A DNA stretch of 30,585 nt from Candidatus Hodarchaeota archaeon (GTDB lineage: Archaea > Asgardarchaeota > Lokiarchaeia > Sigyniarchaeales > SOKP01). The notes beneath the pieces are model-generated. The model was not told the origin of the DNA. It ran no database searches and saw only the letters and a program-made list of their open reading frames with translations. Made by a program: the position numbers and the translations under genes. The stretch lies in contig JBHLKM010000028.1 in assembly GCA_048886685.1 (NCBI GenBank), positions 1 through 30,585 on the forward strand, read 5' to 3'. Of this stretch, positions 9,357 through 18,929 are shown piece by piece. The stretch's first letter is position 1, and the number at the start of each line of letters is the position of its first letter.

Positions 9357-12300
9357 ATGGATGATAAGAAAGATCCTTGGGCCGATTTTAATAAACAAAT
9401 AGAAAATGAACGGGAAAAAGAAAACGAACTAATTAAAAAAAGGTATAGTAAAGAAAAGTTAGTTAAAATAGCCCTAAATTTTGCCTTAAAACAAGATTTT
9501 CAAAAAGCACTTGATTATTTTAAGTTAGTTACAGAAAAAGATCCGAAGCATTTTCTTGCTTGGGTTAATATGGGTATAATTTACACATACCACAATTTAC
9601 TTGGGACGGATAAAGGTAGACGTACAGCATATTATAAAAGACATTATGATGAGGGTATTAACTGTTTTAAGAAAGCACTCGAGCTAAAACCAAATAATAT
9701 TCCCACTTTGATCGGTTTAGGAGATGCGTTCCGAGGAAAGAAAGAATTTACAAAATCTATTGAATATTTTGAAAAAATTCTAAAAATTGATTCTAAAAAT
9801 TCTGAAAGTAGGAGAGGGATCGGATTTGCATATTTAGAGATGATGGAGTTTGAAAATGCTATAGATTATTTTGAAAAAGCATTAAAAATAGAAAATAATA
9901 ATGTCGATTGTTGGATTGGATTAGGTATTTCCTATTTTGAGAAAAAAGATCTGGATAAATCTTTAAATTGTTTTATAAATGCATTAAATTATCAAAAACA
10001 ACAAGAAAAACCCAAAAAAGATATTATTGGTCGAGAAATCTACAGTAATAAGTTAGAAACAGTTGCTAAAATAATATATTATATAGAATCTGAAAAAGCT
10101 AATCTTAATTTTGTTAATGAAATTGAAAAAGACTTTAATATTAAATTTGAAAATAAACCATCAATTCTAAAATTTTTTGAGGAAACATCACCCAAAACAG
10201 CTAATCAAGATTTGATTAGTGAGGAAGATGAAGAATTAACTCAGTCTAATTCTAAAGATATAAAAATGGACAGAATATCAGTTTTAGAAAGAAAATTATT
10301 AACAAGCGAAAATGAAAATGAAAGGTTAACTGCAGCAACGGAATTAAAAAAAATAAAAAAGGAAAAAGCCAGACTTGCTTTATTAAAAGCTTATAAAGAT
10401 AAATCTAGAAGAATAAGAACAATATTAATAGAAACCATTGAAAATGCGAAAGATATTGAAAATGCCATTCTTATACCATATTTAGTAAAATTATTAGATG
10501 ATGAGAGTGTTCGAATAAGAGAGAAATCAATTAAAATTTTGGGGAAAATAGGGAATAGTGAAATACTTCCATATTTTTTAAAAAAATTGATAGATCCTAA
10601 TAAGTGGGTTAGAGCATATGCAGTAGAAGCTATTGGAGAATTTGGGAATGATAAGGCTGTAAAATATTTAGTCTCTTGTTTAGGAACTGAAATACCTTTA
10701 CTCGTTGAATATATAACATGGGCTCTTGGGCAAATTTATCCTAGATTGATAAAAGAACCTTTACGCAAGAATATTCTTAATTTATTAATTGCTTTTTTAC
10801 AGAATGATAAGTTAAATTTAAATGTTAGATCGCAAGCTGCAATTGCACTTGGAAATATTGCTGGAGAAGAAGCTTTTAAGGCAATATCTGAAACATTAAA
10901 CTCATTAACAAATTTAAACTCAAGGAATTTTTCTAAAGATCAGATAAATTTTTATAAATGTATTATAGAATCAATAGGTTATTTTAAAGATAAAAATCCA
11001 ACAGATTTATTAATAACAATATTAAAAAATGAATTGCAAAAAGGTCAAAAAGCGAGTAAAGAAGAAGAAATTATATTAAGTACTATTGAGTCTCTTGGAG
11101 TAATTGGAGATAATAAAGCTACAGAATTATTAATGAAAACCTTATATGAGCTTAACGAAAAAATTAGACTAGCTTCTGTAAAAGCTTTAGTAAAACTACA
11201 CGATAATGATCTAAATGAACGGGTAATATCAATATTAATAGATGATACTGAAAAACTATCTTTTAAAAAAGCAATACTTAGCACTATTATAGAGATTTAT
11301 AAAGAGGATTTAGTTCCTTTAATAAACATTTTAAAAAATATTAAAGATTTGACAGTAGAGGAACAAATTAAAAAAGATCAAAGAATAATAATTATAAAAA
11401 ATGAGAAAGATTTACAAATTGGTAAAATCTCTTATCAATTATTAGATGAGGAAATAAAAGAAATTGAAGAAAAAAAGAAAGAGGAAGTATTAGAAGAAAT
11501 AAAAAATCTTGAAATTAAAATTAAAGAACATAATTTAAAAAATTATGTGCAATCCCTAACCAATGCCTCAGAGATTTCCAATATTATTTCCAAAAGAAAT
11601 GAACTTTTATCGGAAATCAATACTAATTTTAATAAATATAAAAGCAATGAGAAAATAAAGCAAGATTTAATGAAACTCATTAATCAGTTGTATTCTCCTT
11701 ATTTTGAAATTAATCCTTTTAAGGTTGATCTTCCAAACTTTGCAAGTTTTTTTAAAGGCTTGAGGGATAATGAAATCAATCGATTAAAAGCTATTGCGAA
11801 AGACAATATTGAACTTGAAAATCTATGGAAAAAATTAGAAAATGTTGACTATAATTCTATGAAAAACCAAGAATTAAAAAAAATATCTGAAGAGACAAAC
11901 GAATATACTATTGATGTACACCTAGAAAACCTTTATAAATTTCTATTAGATTTTTCCGAAGTTCTTCCATTAGGGGTTGGAACTGGGGGTAAAACAGAAG
12001 ATTCAACTGAAACTGATTATACGATAAAAACTTATTTTGGTCTTCTAATGTTTAAAATAATTGAAAAAGATGTTAATAAAAAGATAATTTATGAATATGA
12101 TTTTTCAAAATCAGATGTGAAAGAAATAGGAAAACTATACTTAGATTTTATTGACCACTCTCCCGGTAAAGTTAAATTAAGAGTTAAAAATGAGATTTAT
12201 GAATCATCCGGAACTGAAAATTATCTAAATTGGATTGGTAATCACCTAAAGCAATGGATAGATTACAATTTAGGTAAAATTGTTGCAAAACAAATTCAAA

Positions 12301-12554
12301 CCTTATTTTACGAAAAAGCTTTTGATGATTTGACTATGGGTAATTATAGAATACTTCAAGCAAAGCTCAATGCTATTGGAAAAGATATTGATAAATTGAA
12401 GACTAAATATTTTGAAGTTAAAGCTCCATTAAGCCTTACTTCTTTTAATTGTTCTGAATGTGGCGCTACGTTAAAAATAACTTCAAAAGAAGAAAAATTC
12501 ATTATCTGTGAGCATTGTGATACCCCATTTTTAATGGAATGGCAAAAAGATTAG
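9357..12554 (+). CDS. Paralogue 2: TPR repeats, HEAT/PBS-lyase repeats, SRPBCC/START-like domain, Zn-ribbon
   Basis: 1065 aa. TPRs (AWVNMG, CFKKALELKPNN, YFEKALKIENNNVDCWIGLG), HEAT repeats (LLDDESVRIRE, VRAYAVEAIGEFG, VRSQAAIALGNI) and the shared C-terminus ending CSECGATL...CEHCDTPFLMEWQKD. Confidence 0.85.
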   Translation: MDDKKDPWADFNKQIENEREKENELIKKRYSKEKLVKIALNFALKQDFQKALDYFKLVTEKDPKHFLAWVNMGIIYTYHNLLGTDKGRRTAYYKRHYDEGINCFKKALELKPNNIPTLIGLGDAFRGKKEFTKSIEYFEKILKIDSKNSESRRGIGFAYLEMMEFENAIDYFEKALKIENNNVDCWIGLGISYFEKKDLDKSLNCFINALNYQKQQEKPKKDIIGREIYSNKLETVAKIIYYIESEKANLNFVNEIEKDFNIKFENKPSILKFFEETSPKTANQDLISEEDEELTQSNSKDIKMDRISVLERKLLTSENENERLTAATELKKIKKEKARLALLKAYKDKSRRIRTILIETIENAKDIENAILIPYLVKLLDDESVRIREKSIKILGKIGNSEILPYFLKKLIDPNKWVRAYAVEAIGEFGNDKAVKYLVSCLGTEIPLLVEYITWALGQIYPRLIKEPLRKNILNLLIAFLQNDKLNLNVRSQAAIALGNIAGEEAFKAISETLNSLTNLNSRNFSKDQINFYKCIIESIGYFKDKNPTDLLITILKNELQKGQKASKEEEIILSTIESLGVIGDNKATELLMKTLYELNEKIRLASVKALVKLHDNDLNERVISILIDDTEKLSFKKAILSTIIEIYKEDLVPLINILKNIKDLTVEEQIKKDQRIIIIKNEKDLQIGKISYQLLDEEIKEIEEKKKEEVLEEIKNLEIKIKEHNLKNYVQSLTNASEISNIISKRNELLSEINTNFNKYKSNEKIKQDLMKLINQLYSPYFEINPFKVDLPNFASFFKGLRDNEINRLKAIAKDNIELENLWKKLENVDYNSMKNQELKKISEETNEYTIDVHLENLYKFLLDFSEVLPLGVGTGGKTEDSTETDYTIKTYFGLLMFKIIEKDVNKKIIYEYDFSKSDVKEIGKLYLDFIDHSPGKVKLRVKNEIYESSGTENYLNWIGNHLKQWIDYNLGKIVAKQIQTLFYEKAFDDLTMGNYRILQAKLNAIGKDIDKLKTKYFEVKAPLSLTSFNCSECGATLKITSKEEKFIICEHCDTPFLMEWQKD

Positions 12555-12620
12555 AATAAAAGATTTCTTTCAAATTCTTAATAAATATATAATATTTAGT
12601 TAAATAAGAAAGACAAGAAT

Positions 12621-14795
12621 GTGAAGAATACTTTGAAAGATAATGATCTGATTAGACTGGAAAGAATTGATTACACAGATCAAGTTTTAGATGCGATAAA
12701 TAACTGGAAAAGAAATCCCGAATTAATAGATTCGGAAAAATATAATAAATATAAAGATATTATTCTATCGAAAATTAAGGATAAATCAATACCTTATACA
12801 ACAGAAATTGAAAGAATAACAATTGATACTAATTCTAAAGGAAAAAAAGAAGAAGAATTTATACTTTCTATGGAATTTGATGATGGATATTTAAACTTCA
12901 TTGAGGATGTGTTTTTTACCAATGAATGTTCAAGTTTAAATTATAATATTGACTCAGATGTTAATGAACTATGCGAAATTTGGGGCGAAAGGCCTCTCAA
13001 ATTGAAGGAATTATTCTATAATACTAAAAAAAAAGAACTAATAAAACAAAACGGAGAAACTAATAAAGAAAAGGAATTTGAAAAGAGATTTCATTATATA
13101 GAAAGAGATTTGATTCGAGAAAACAAATTTTCAATCGCTAAAAGTGAGTTAGGAAAAATTATTCACGATGCTAAAATCAACAATCTGAGTGAAACCTTAG
13201 ATCAAGCAAGAGGATTATTGAGATTTTGTAATATTAAAGAACGTGAATTTGCCCAAAAGAGAAAAGAAGAAGAAGCAGCTCTTTACTATCAAAAGGAATT
13301 TGTGTTTAGAGAAGAAGTATCAAAAGCAAGAAACCTGATTCTTCAAAAAAAGGTTTTAGAAGGGAAAAAACTATTAGAAAACGTTATCCAAGAATCGAAA
13401 TCTCTGCCAGAATCTGTCTCTAGTTCCATATTTAATCAAGCTTCAGAGATTTTGGATTATTGTCATGATTTTATGGAAAATGAGAAAGAGCTTTCTAATA
13501 TTGAAGACCTAATTAAGGGAAAAAAATATTCAACAGCAATATCTCGCTTAAAAGATTTAATAGATGCAATAGAAACTTATATTGGAGATAAAATGCTTAT
13601 AAATAATGAAATTTTAAATGAAGCATCAATTTTATTCAAGAAATATAGAATATATGCCCCTGAAGAATCCCTTTCTGAAGATTCGATCTCAGAAGACTCA
13701 TTTTATGAAGAGGAAAAAGATGAAATTAATGAGCTTGAAAAAGAAGTTAAAAAGTTTAATATAAAATCACTAGTACAAAATGTAAATAATATAACAGAAC
13801 TTAACCATATTTTAACTAAAAGATGGGAATTTCTCAATAGACTTTATAGGACTTATGCTGATTTTACTAATAATGAATATGGAAAATTAACAGAATTAAC
13901 AGAACTAATAATTCTATTTTATACCTCCTATTTAGATTTTAATCCATTTGAAGTAAACATTCAATATTTTCCCCAGACTTTTTTTAATATCAAATCTACT
14001 GATTTGAGATATTTAGAGAATTATTTTAAAAGAGAACCTTCTAAACACGAAATTGAAAGGCTCCTTAAGCAACTAGAGAATATTGATTACGATGTTATGT
14101 TTGATAAGAAATTAATAAAGATCGGAAAACAAATACAGAAATTCAATTATGATATCCCCGTAGAAAACCTATTTAATTTATTATTAGATTTTATGAAAAT
14201 CTTACCGGATCCTACTACAACAAAAATTGAAGATAATAACGATGAGTATATATTACAAACAACATGGGGCATCTTATATTTTAAAATTATTGAAAAATTA
14301 CCTTTTGAAAAACTAATCTATGAATATGATTTTCTAAAATCTAATTGGGGGGAAAAGGGGAGATTATATTTAGATTTTCTTGAACCAGATTTGGGTAAAG
14401 CAACTATTCATATCAAAAATGAAATCATAGAAGTTGCAAAGCATCATAGAGAAAAATTAATTATTCATAATTTTATAGGCAATAATTTAAAATCATTTAT
14501 TGATATGAATTTGGGTAAAATAGTAGCAAAACAAATACATACAATGATATATGAAAAAGATTTTGATGATTTAACAATAGGTAATTTTGGAATTCTAAAA
14601 GCAAAAATTCAGGCCATGGGCAAGGACATTAATAATTTAAGACATAAATTCTATGAAGTTAGAGCACCTCTCACACTTGCATCATTTAATTGCTCTGAGT
14701 GTGGGGCTACTCTGAATATACGCTCAAAAGAAGAAAAATTTATCATATGTGAGCACTGCGACACCCCATTTTTAATGGAATGGCAAAAAGAATAA
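12621..14795 (+). CDS. Paralogue 3: extra N-terminal domain, helical module shared with paralogue 1, SRPBCC/START-like domain, Zn-ribbon
   Basis: 724 aa, GTG start. Residues from EFEKRF onward closely match the paralogue 1 N-terminus. Ends CSECGATL...CEHCDTPFLMEWQKE. Confidence 0.75.
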   Translation: MKNTLKDNDLIRLERIDYTDQVLDAINNWKRNPELIDSEKYNKYKDIILSKIKDKSIPYTTEIERITIDTNSKGKKEEEFILSMEFDDGYLNFIEDVFFTNECSSLNYNIDSDVNELCEIWGERPLKLKELFYNTKKKELIKQNGETNKEKEFEKRFHYIERDLIRENKFSIAKSELGKIIHDAKINNLSETLDQARGLLRFCNIKEREFAQKRKEEEAALYYQKEFVFREEVSKARNLILQKKVLEGKKLLENVIQESKSLPESVSSSIFNQASEILDYCHDFMENEKELSNIEDLIKGKKYSTAISRLKDLIDAIETYIGDKMLINNEILNEASILFKKYRIYAPEESLSEDSISEDSFYEEEKDEINELEKEVKKFNIKSLVQNVNNITELNHILTKRWEFLNRLYRTYADFTNNEYGKLTELTELIILFYTSYLDFNPFEVNIQYFPQTFFNIKSTDLRYLENYFKREPSKHEIERLLKQLENIDYDVMFDKKLIKIGKQIQKFNYDIPVENLFNLLLDFMKILPDPTTTKIEDNNDEYILQTTWGILYFKIIEKLPFEKLIYEYDFLKSNWGEKGRLYLDFLEPDLGKATIHIKNEIIEVAKHHREKLIIHNFIGNNLKSFIDMNLGKIVAKQIHTMIYEKDFDDLTIGNFGILKAKIQAMGKDINNLRHKFYEVRAPLTLASFNCSECGATLNIRSKEEKFIICEHCDTPFLMEWQKE

Positions 14796-14948
14796 AAGTT
14801 ATTTCACAAATCCTTACTTAATAAGCTCTAAATCAATAAAATGCCTTAAAATAATTGATGAAAATTGGATTTCAGAATCGTTTTCTTGTTGTATTTTTGC
14901 ATAAAAAGCATAATTCTCCAGAATAAAATTGATAACCATTTCACGATC
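14796..14948 (+). repeat. Dispersed intergenic element, diverged copy E3
   Basis: Starts right after the stop codon with AAGTTATTTCACAAATCCTTACTTAA (compare E2 CGGTTATTTCACGAATCCTTCCTTAA) and ends TAACCATTTCACGAT. Core spacing is 137 bp versus 139 bp in E1 and E2; the interior is diverged. Confidence 0.65.
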
Positions 14949-15098
14949 ATTTTTTGAGGATTTGTATACTTGACTTATATCAATTTTTTTGTGAAAGATA
15001 TGAAAGACTGAAAGATTGTAAAAATATAAATTATTTTTAAAAAAAAGATATTTTACTACAAATTATTCTAAATTATCTCAATAAGTTATAAATAATAA

Positions 15099-15263
15099 AG
15101 TATACCAAGCAAATTTTTTGTAATACATTGTCCTTTCTATTATACTTCTATTTAATGTCTAGAATTAGACCAAGAATTTATTATTTGCAGTAATTGTGGA
15201 GAAAAATATACTAAATTCTGTTATTTACCGAAATCATGGTTTTCATACTCTTTTTCAAAATAA
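15099..15263 (+). pseudogene. Decayed Zn-ribbon protein remnant
   Basis: Frame reads FFVIHCPFYYTSI*CLELDQEFIICSNCGEKY, a CPxC...CxxC pattern with one Cys lost and an in-frame TAA at 15153. Confidence 0.4.
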
Positions 15264-15433
15264 TCTATAGATAGCATCGATCTTTTAGACTATCCGAATT
15301 TAAAATACTAATCGTTATTTGACATTAAATGTTCATAATAACAAAACTTTACCAACAAAATACCAAAGATTTATATATCAATTTTTCCATAATAAACTCA
15401 GAAAACTATTAAAAATTATATATTTCAAATATT

Positions 15434-16390
15434 TTGACTGATTCAGAAAAAATTTTAGGAGTTCTTTTAGCAGATCCCTATAAATTTTGGGACTTGATTC
15501 CTCACTATGGGTCAAATTTTGAAGTAGTTGGCGATAGAGTTAGAGAAAGTTCTGAATTTAGCGAAATATTTAAAGATTCTTCCTTATCAGATACTATTCA
15601 AATTTCTAAAGAATTTTACTATATGATTAATAGTGTAAAAGAATGGCTATTAAAATCGGAGATTCGGTTAAAATCATTTTACTATTTAGGGACTTTAGGA
15701 CCTTCGACCGCAACAGAAATAGCACAAAAAATCGAAAGACATCCAAAAAGTGTCAGTATATATTTAAAAGATTTTTCAATAAAAGAATGGATAAAATTGA
15801 CTCCAGATGAAGATGATAGAAATAAAAGATACAAATTAAGAAAATTAGGGATATCTTACTACAAGATTGCAGAAAATGCGGGTTGGTTTGATTTGATAAA
15901 AGAGGAAGAATTTAACATTGAAGAAGTTATTCTCAAAATAGATTATGGTATGGGTTTATCAAAAGATGCAACAAGAGAAATAGGTCTAAAAAAGGAAGAG
16001 TATTTTCCAGATATTGAGGTTTTAATTAAGAAAATTATTTTTATTGCTGAAGAATTAAAAAAAAAAAGGAAATTAGAAATCAACATCCCAAATTTAAAAA
16101 AAGTGGGTAATTCGAACGACTTAATATCTATTCCTTCTCTAAATGAAGATGAGTTAGGTTTAATATTCGCAGCAATTAATTATTTAGATAAAAATATGTT
16201 TGAATATAGAGGAAATACTTATTATCCCGGAGTTCATAAAATAAAATTCATAAAAGTAGATTATTACTTTAATGAAAAAAATCCATTTCCTTTTTCTGAA
16301 GATGGATTTTTAAGCTTTGAAAAAACTAAAGAATATTATTCAAGGACATTGGAAAAACTAAGAAAAAAGATCAATATAAAAAAAAAATGA
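15434..16390 (+). CDS. MarR/ArsR-type winged-helix domain protein
   Basis: 'GPSTATEIAQKIERHPKSVSIYLKDFSIKEWIKLTPDEDDRNKRYKLRKLG' is a wHTH. TTG start; the stop overlaps the next start (ATGA). Confidence 0.7.
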   Translation: MTDSEKILGVLLADPYKFWDLIPHYGSNFEVVGDRVRESSEFSEIFKDSSLSDTIQISKEFYYMINSVKEWLLKSEIRLKSFYYLGTLGPSTATEIAQKIERHPKSVSIYLKDFSIKEWIKLTPDEDDRNKRYKLRKLGISYYKIAENAGWFDLIKEEEFNIEEVILKIDYGMGLSKDATREIGLKKEEYFPDIEVLIKKIIFIAEELKKKRKLEINIPNLKKVGNSNDLISIPSLNEDELGLIFAAINYLDKNMFEYRGNTYYPGVHKIKFIKVDYYFNEKNPFPFSEDGFLSFEKTKEYYSRTLEKLRKKINIKKK

Positions 16391-16842
16391 ATAAATTTAG
16401 AATATTAATTGATGGTGCAAATGTTGCTTTCTTTCAAAGAGATGAAAGTAAAAATGCTAAAGTTGAGAATTTAGAAATTTTATTGAATTTTCTTGAAAAT
16501 CTTAAGAATGAATTCAGTATTGAATATCAGATTTTTAACGATGCCTCACTTATACATAGAATTAATGATAAAGGAAGACTTGAGAATTTATATGAAACAG
16601 GCAAAATAATTCAATGCCCAAGTAGGCTTAAAGCAGACGATTTAATAATTGAATATGCCTCTCGCCATCCAGAGCAAACAATAATTATTTCTAATGATTG
16701 TTTCAAGGAATATGAAATCCGTAGCCTTCTGTTATTAAAATTTGCAATAATATTTGAGGAATTCATTACAATACCTAAAATAAGAGATTATTTGGAATTA
16801 ACTGTTAAAAAAACTGTGGGAAAAAATGCAGGAAGAATTTAG
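16387..16842 (+). CDS. NYN/PIN-domain ribonuclease (Zc3h12a/Regnase-like)
   Basis: 'ILIDGANVAF', 'DASL', 'KADDLIIEYA' and 'IISNDCFKEY' retain the catalytic acidic residues. Confidence 0.85.
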   Translation: MNKFRILIDGANVAFFQRDESKNAKVENLEILLNFLENLKNEFSIEYQIFNDASLIHRINDKGRLENLYETGKIIQCPSRLKADDLIIEYASRHPEQTIIISNDCFKEYEIRSLLLLKFAIIFEEFITIPKIRDYLELTVKKTVGKNAGRI

Positions 16843-17026
16843 ATGGTTTGACTTTAAAATAACTAATCGATGTAATAATAATTGCGTTTATTACAGAGTG
16901 GAACATGATATTCCGACAGTTATAGAGAATTTGTATTGTTCGATTATAGAAAGTGCATTACAAGATGCAATACTGAAAGATAATTATATATATAGAATAC
17001 AAAATGTAACTATTGACAAAAATTGA
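16826..17026 (+). pseudogene. Truncated radical SAM protein N-terminus
   Basis: 'FDFKITNRCNNNCVYY' is CxxxCxxC with the third Cys replaced by Tyr. Only 66 aa; overlaps the end of the NYN gene. Confidence 0.6.
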
Positions 17027-17114
17027 GTATAATAGAAAAAAAAAATCAAGATGAGGAAAATAGATAGCTAAATATTTAATAACTATTAAAAAATAAATTT
17101 TAAGGAAAGATCAG

Positions 17115-18740
17115 ATGACAATTAATTGCGAATTAGATGAAAAATTTAGGAACAGAATTCAAACAATTATGCAAAACCTAAATCATGGCCTCTATGAACG
17201 AACTAATATTGTTAATTTATCATTCTTATCTGTAATATCCGGGGAAAGCATATTTATGCTAGGTCCTCCTGGCGTCGCTAAGAGTTTAATAGCTCGGCGT
17301 TTAAAGTTTGCTTTTAAAGATGCTACATCATTTGAATATTTAATGCATCGGTTTTCTACTCCAGATGAAGTATTTGGGCCTATTTCAATTAGTAAACTAA
17401 AAAACGATGATAAATTGGAGCGAATGGTTGAAAATTATCTTCCTGGTGCAAATATAGCCTTCTTGGATGAGATTTGGAAAGCTGGACCTTCTATACAAAA
17501 TACATTACTTACAATAATTAACGAAAAGATCTTTCGCAACGGAGGACAAGAACTACCTGTAGATCTATTAGGATTAATTGCTGCCTCAAATGAATTGCCG
17601 GAAGAAGGACAAGGATTAGAGGCTCTATGGGACCGATTTTTAATTAGAACCTTAGTGACGAATATTGAAAACCGGAAAAATTTCGAACAGATGATAGTAA
17701 ATACTTCTAATCTATATAGCGATGACATTCTTGACACAATAAAAATCACAATAGAAGAATATAAACATTGGCAAGAATTACGGAATGAAGTGGACGTCCC
17801 TGAAGAAATTTTAGAGTTAATTCATCATATTAGGACTAAAATCGAAAAATTTAATCAAGATCAGTTAGAGAAGGAAAATAATGAAAGAAAGAAATCATTT
17901 TATATCTCAGATAGACGGTGGAAAAAAATAATAAAAATCCTCAGAACATCGGCTTTTCTAAATGGACGAAAATTTGTAGATCTAATGGATTGCTTTTTAA
18001 TTCCTTATATGTTATGGGATGAACCTGATCAAATCCTACTTGTTCATATTTTAGTAAAAGAAAGCATACGTCATAAAGGTTATACTCTTCTATTAAATTT
18101 AGCTCCCATTAGCAAGGAGTTAGATAAATTATCTGAGGAAATAACCACAGAAACGAGTGCTTTAAAGATAAAAAAAATTAAAAAGCTGAAGGAATATAAA
18201 TCTAAATATTACAAGATTAAAGACTTTAATCATAATTATTTTATCAAAATAGAAGATTATAATAATTTAAGTAGTAAAAACTCAAAGCATATTTCTTTTT
18301 ATAATAGTGATCAAGATCATGCTTACAGTTATGATTATTATTGTCGTAAAGTTGGTGGGTTTAAAATATTAATTGATGATGAGCTACATGAACTAGAAAG
18401 AAAGGATTTTGAAGAGAAAGAAATTTTTACAAAAAAGCCCCATGAGCTCCTAATTAAAAATTGGGATGCACAAATAAAAAATTTGAAGAATTTAATTGAA
18501 CAAGATTTAGAAAAGATAAATCACTACAAGGAAATAGATTTAAAATTTTTAAACCAAAATTTATTCATAGAATCTATAAAATCAAAAATTATTTTTCAGA
18601 GGATTGAGGAATTAGAGACACAATTACATCAATTAGATCTTAAATGTAATGAACAGCAAAATAAATATCATTCTATAAAACAAAATGAAACTACTATAGT
18701 ACAGTCTAAGTCTAAAACTCGAAGATCAAAAAGAGGTTAA
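17115..18740 (+). CDS. ravA: MoxR-family AAA+ ATPase RavA-like
   Basis: 'GLYER...GESIFMLGPPGVAKSLIARRLKFAF...FEYLMHRFSTPDEVFGP', Walker B 'FLDEIWKAGPSIQNTLL', 'ASNELP' and 'ISDRRWKK'. Confidence 0.9.
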   Translation: MTINCELDEKFRNRIQTIMQNLNHGLYERTNIVNLSFLSVISGESIFMLGPPGVAKSLIARRLKFAFKDATSFEYLMHRFSTPDEVFGPISISKLKNDDKLERMVENYLPGANIAFLDEIWKAGPSIQNTLLTIINEKIFRNGGQELPVDLLGLIAASNELPEEGQGLEALWDRFLIRTLVTNIENRKNFEQMIVNTSNLYSDDILDTIKITIEEYKHWQELRNEVDVPEEILELIHHIRTKIEKFNQDQLEKENNERKKSFYISDRRWKKIIKILRTSAFLNGRKFVDLMDCFLIPYMLWDEPDQILLVHILVKESIRHKGYTLLLNLAPISKELDKLSEEITTETSALKIKKIKKLKEYKSKYYKIKDFNHNYFIKIEDYNNLSSKNSKHISFYNSDQDHAYSYDYYCRKVGGFKILIDDELHELERKDFEEKEIFTKKPHELLIKNWDAQIKNLKNLIEQDLEKINHYKEIDLKFLNQNLFIESIKSKIIFQRIEELETQLHQLDLKCNEQQNKYHSIKQNETTIVQSKSKTRRSKRG

Positions 18741-18929
18741 AAATGGTCAACAAGTAGGAGCTCAACCCAGTAAGAGGAGCTCAACTACTTAGTACTGCAT
18801 ACTAAACATAAAAAATTTAATATAAAAAGTTTATGATCCAGAAAATGAAATCTTACCAAGTAATAACGAAATCCTATCTTAACGGATTTAATTTTGTGTT
18901 TTTTTTTAATAATCTAATTAATTGCTCAT

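Noticed and set aside
8750-14795. Diversity-generating retroelement (TR/VR) among the similar 3' ends of the paralogues
   Set aside because: Differences are mostly synonymous and not adenine-specific, all copies are coding, and there is no reverse transcriptase.
16826-17026. Viperin-like antiviral radical SAM
   Set aside because: The fragment is too short and lacks viperin-specific residues; only a generic broken CxxxCxxC is seen.
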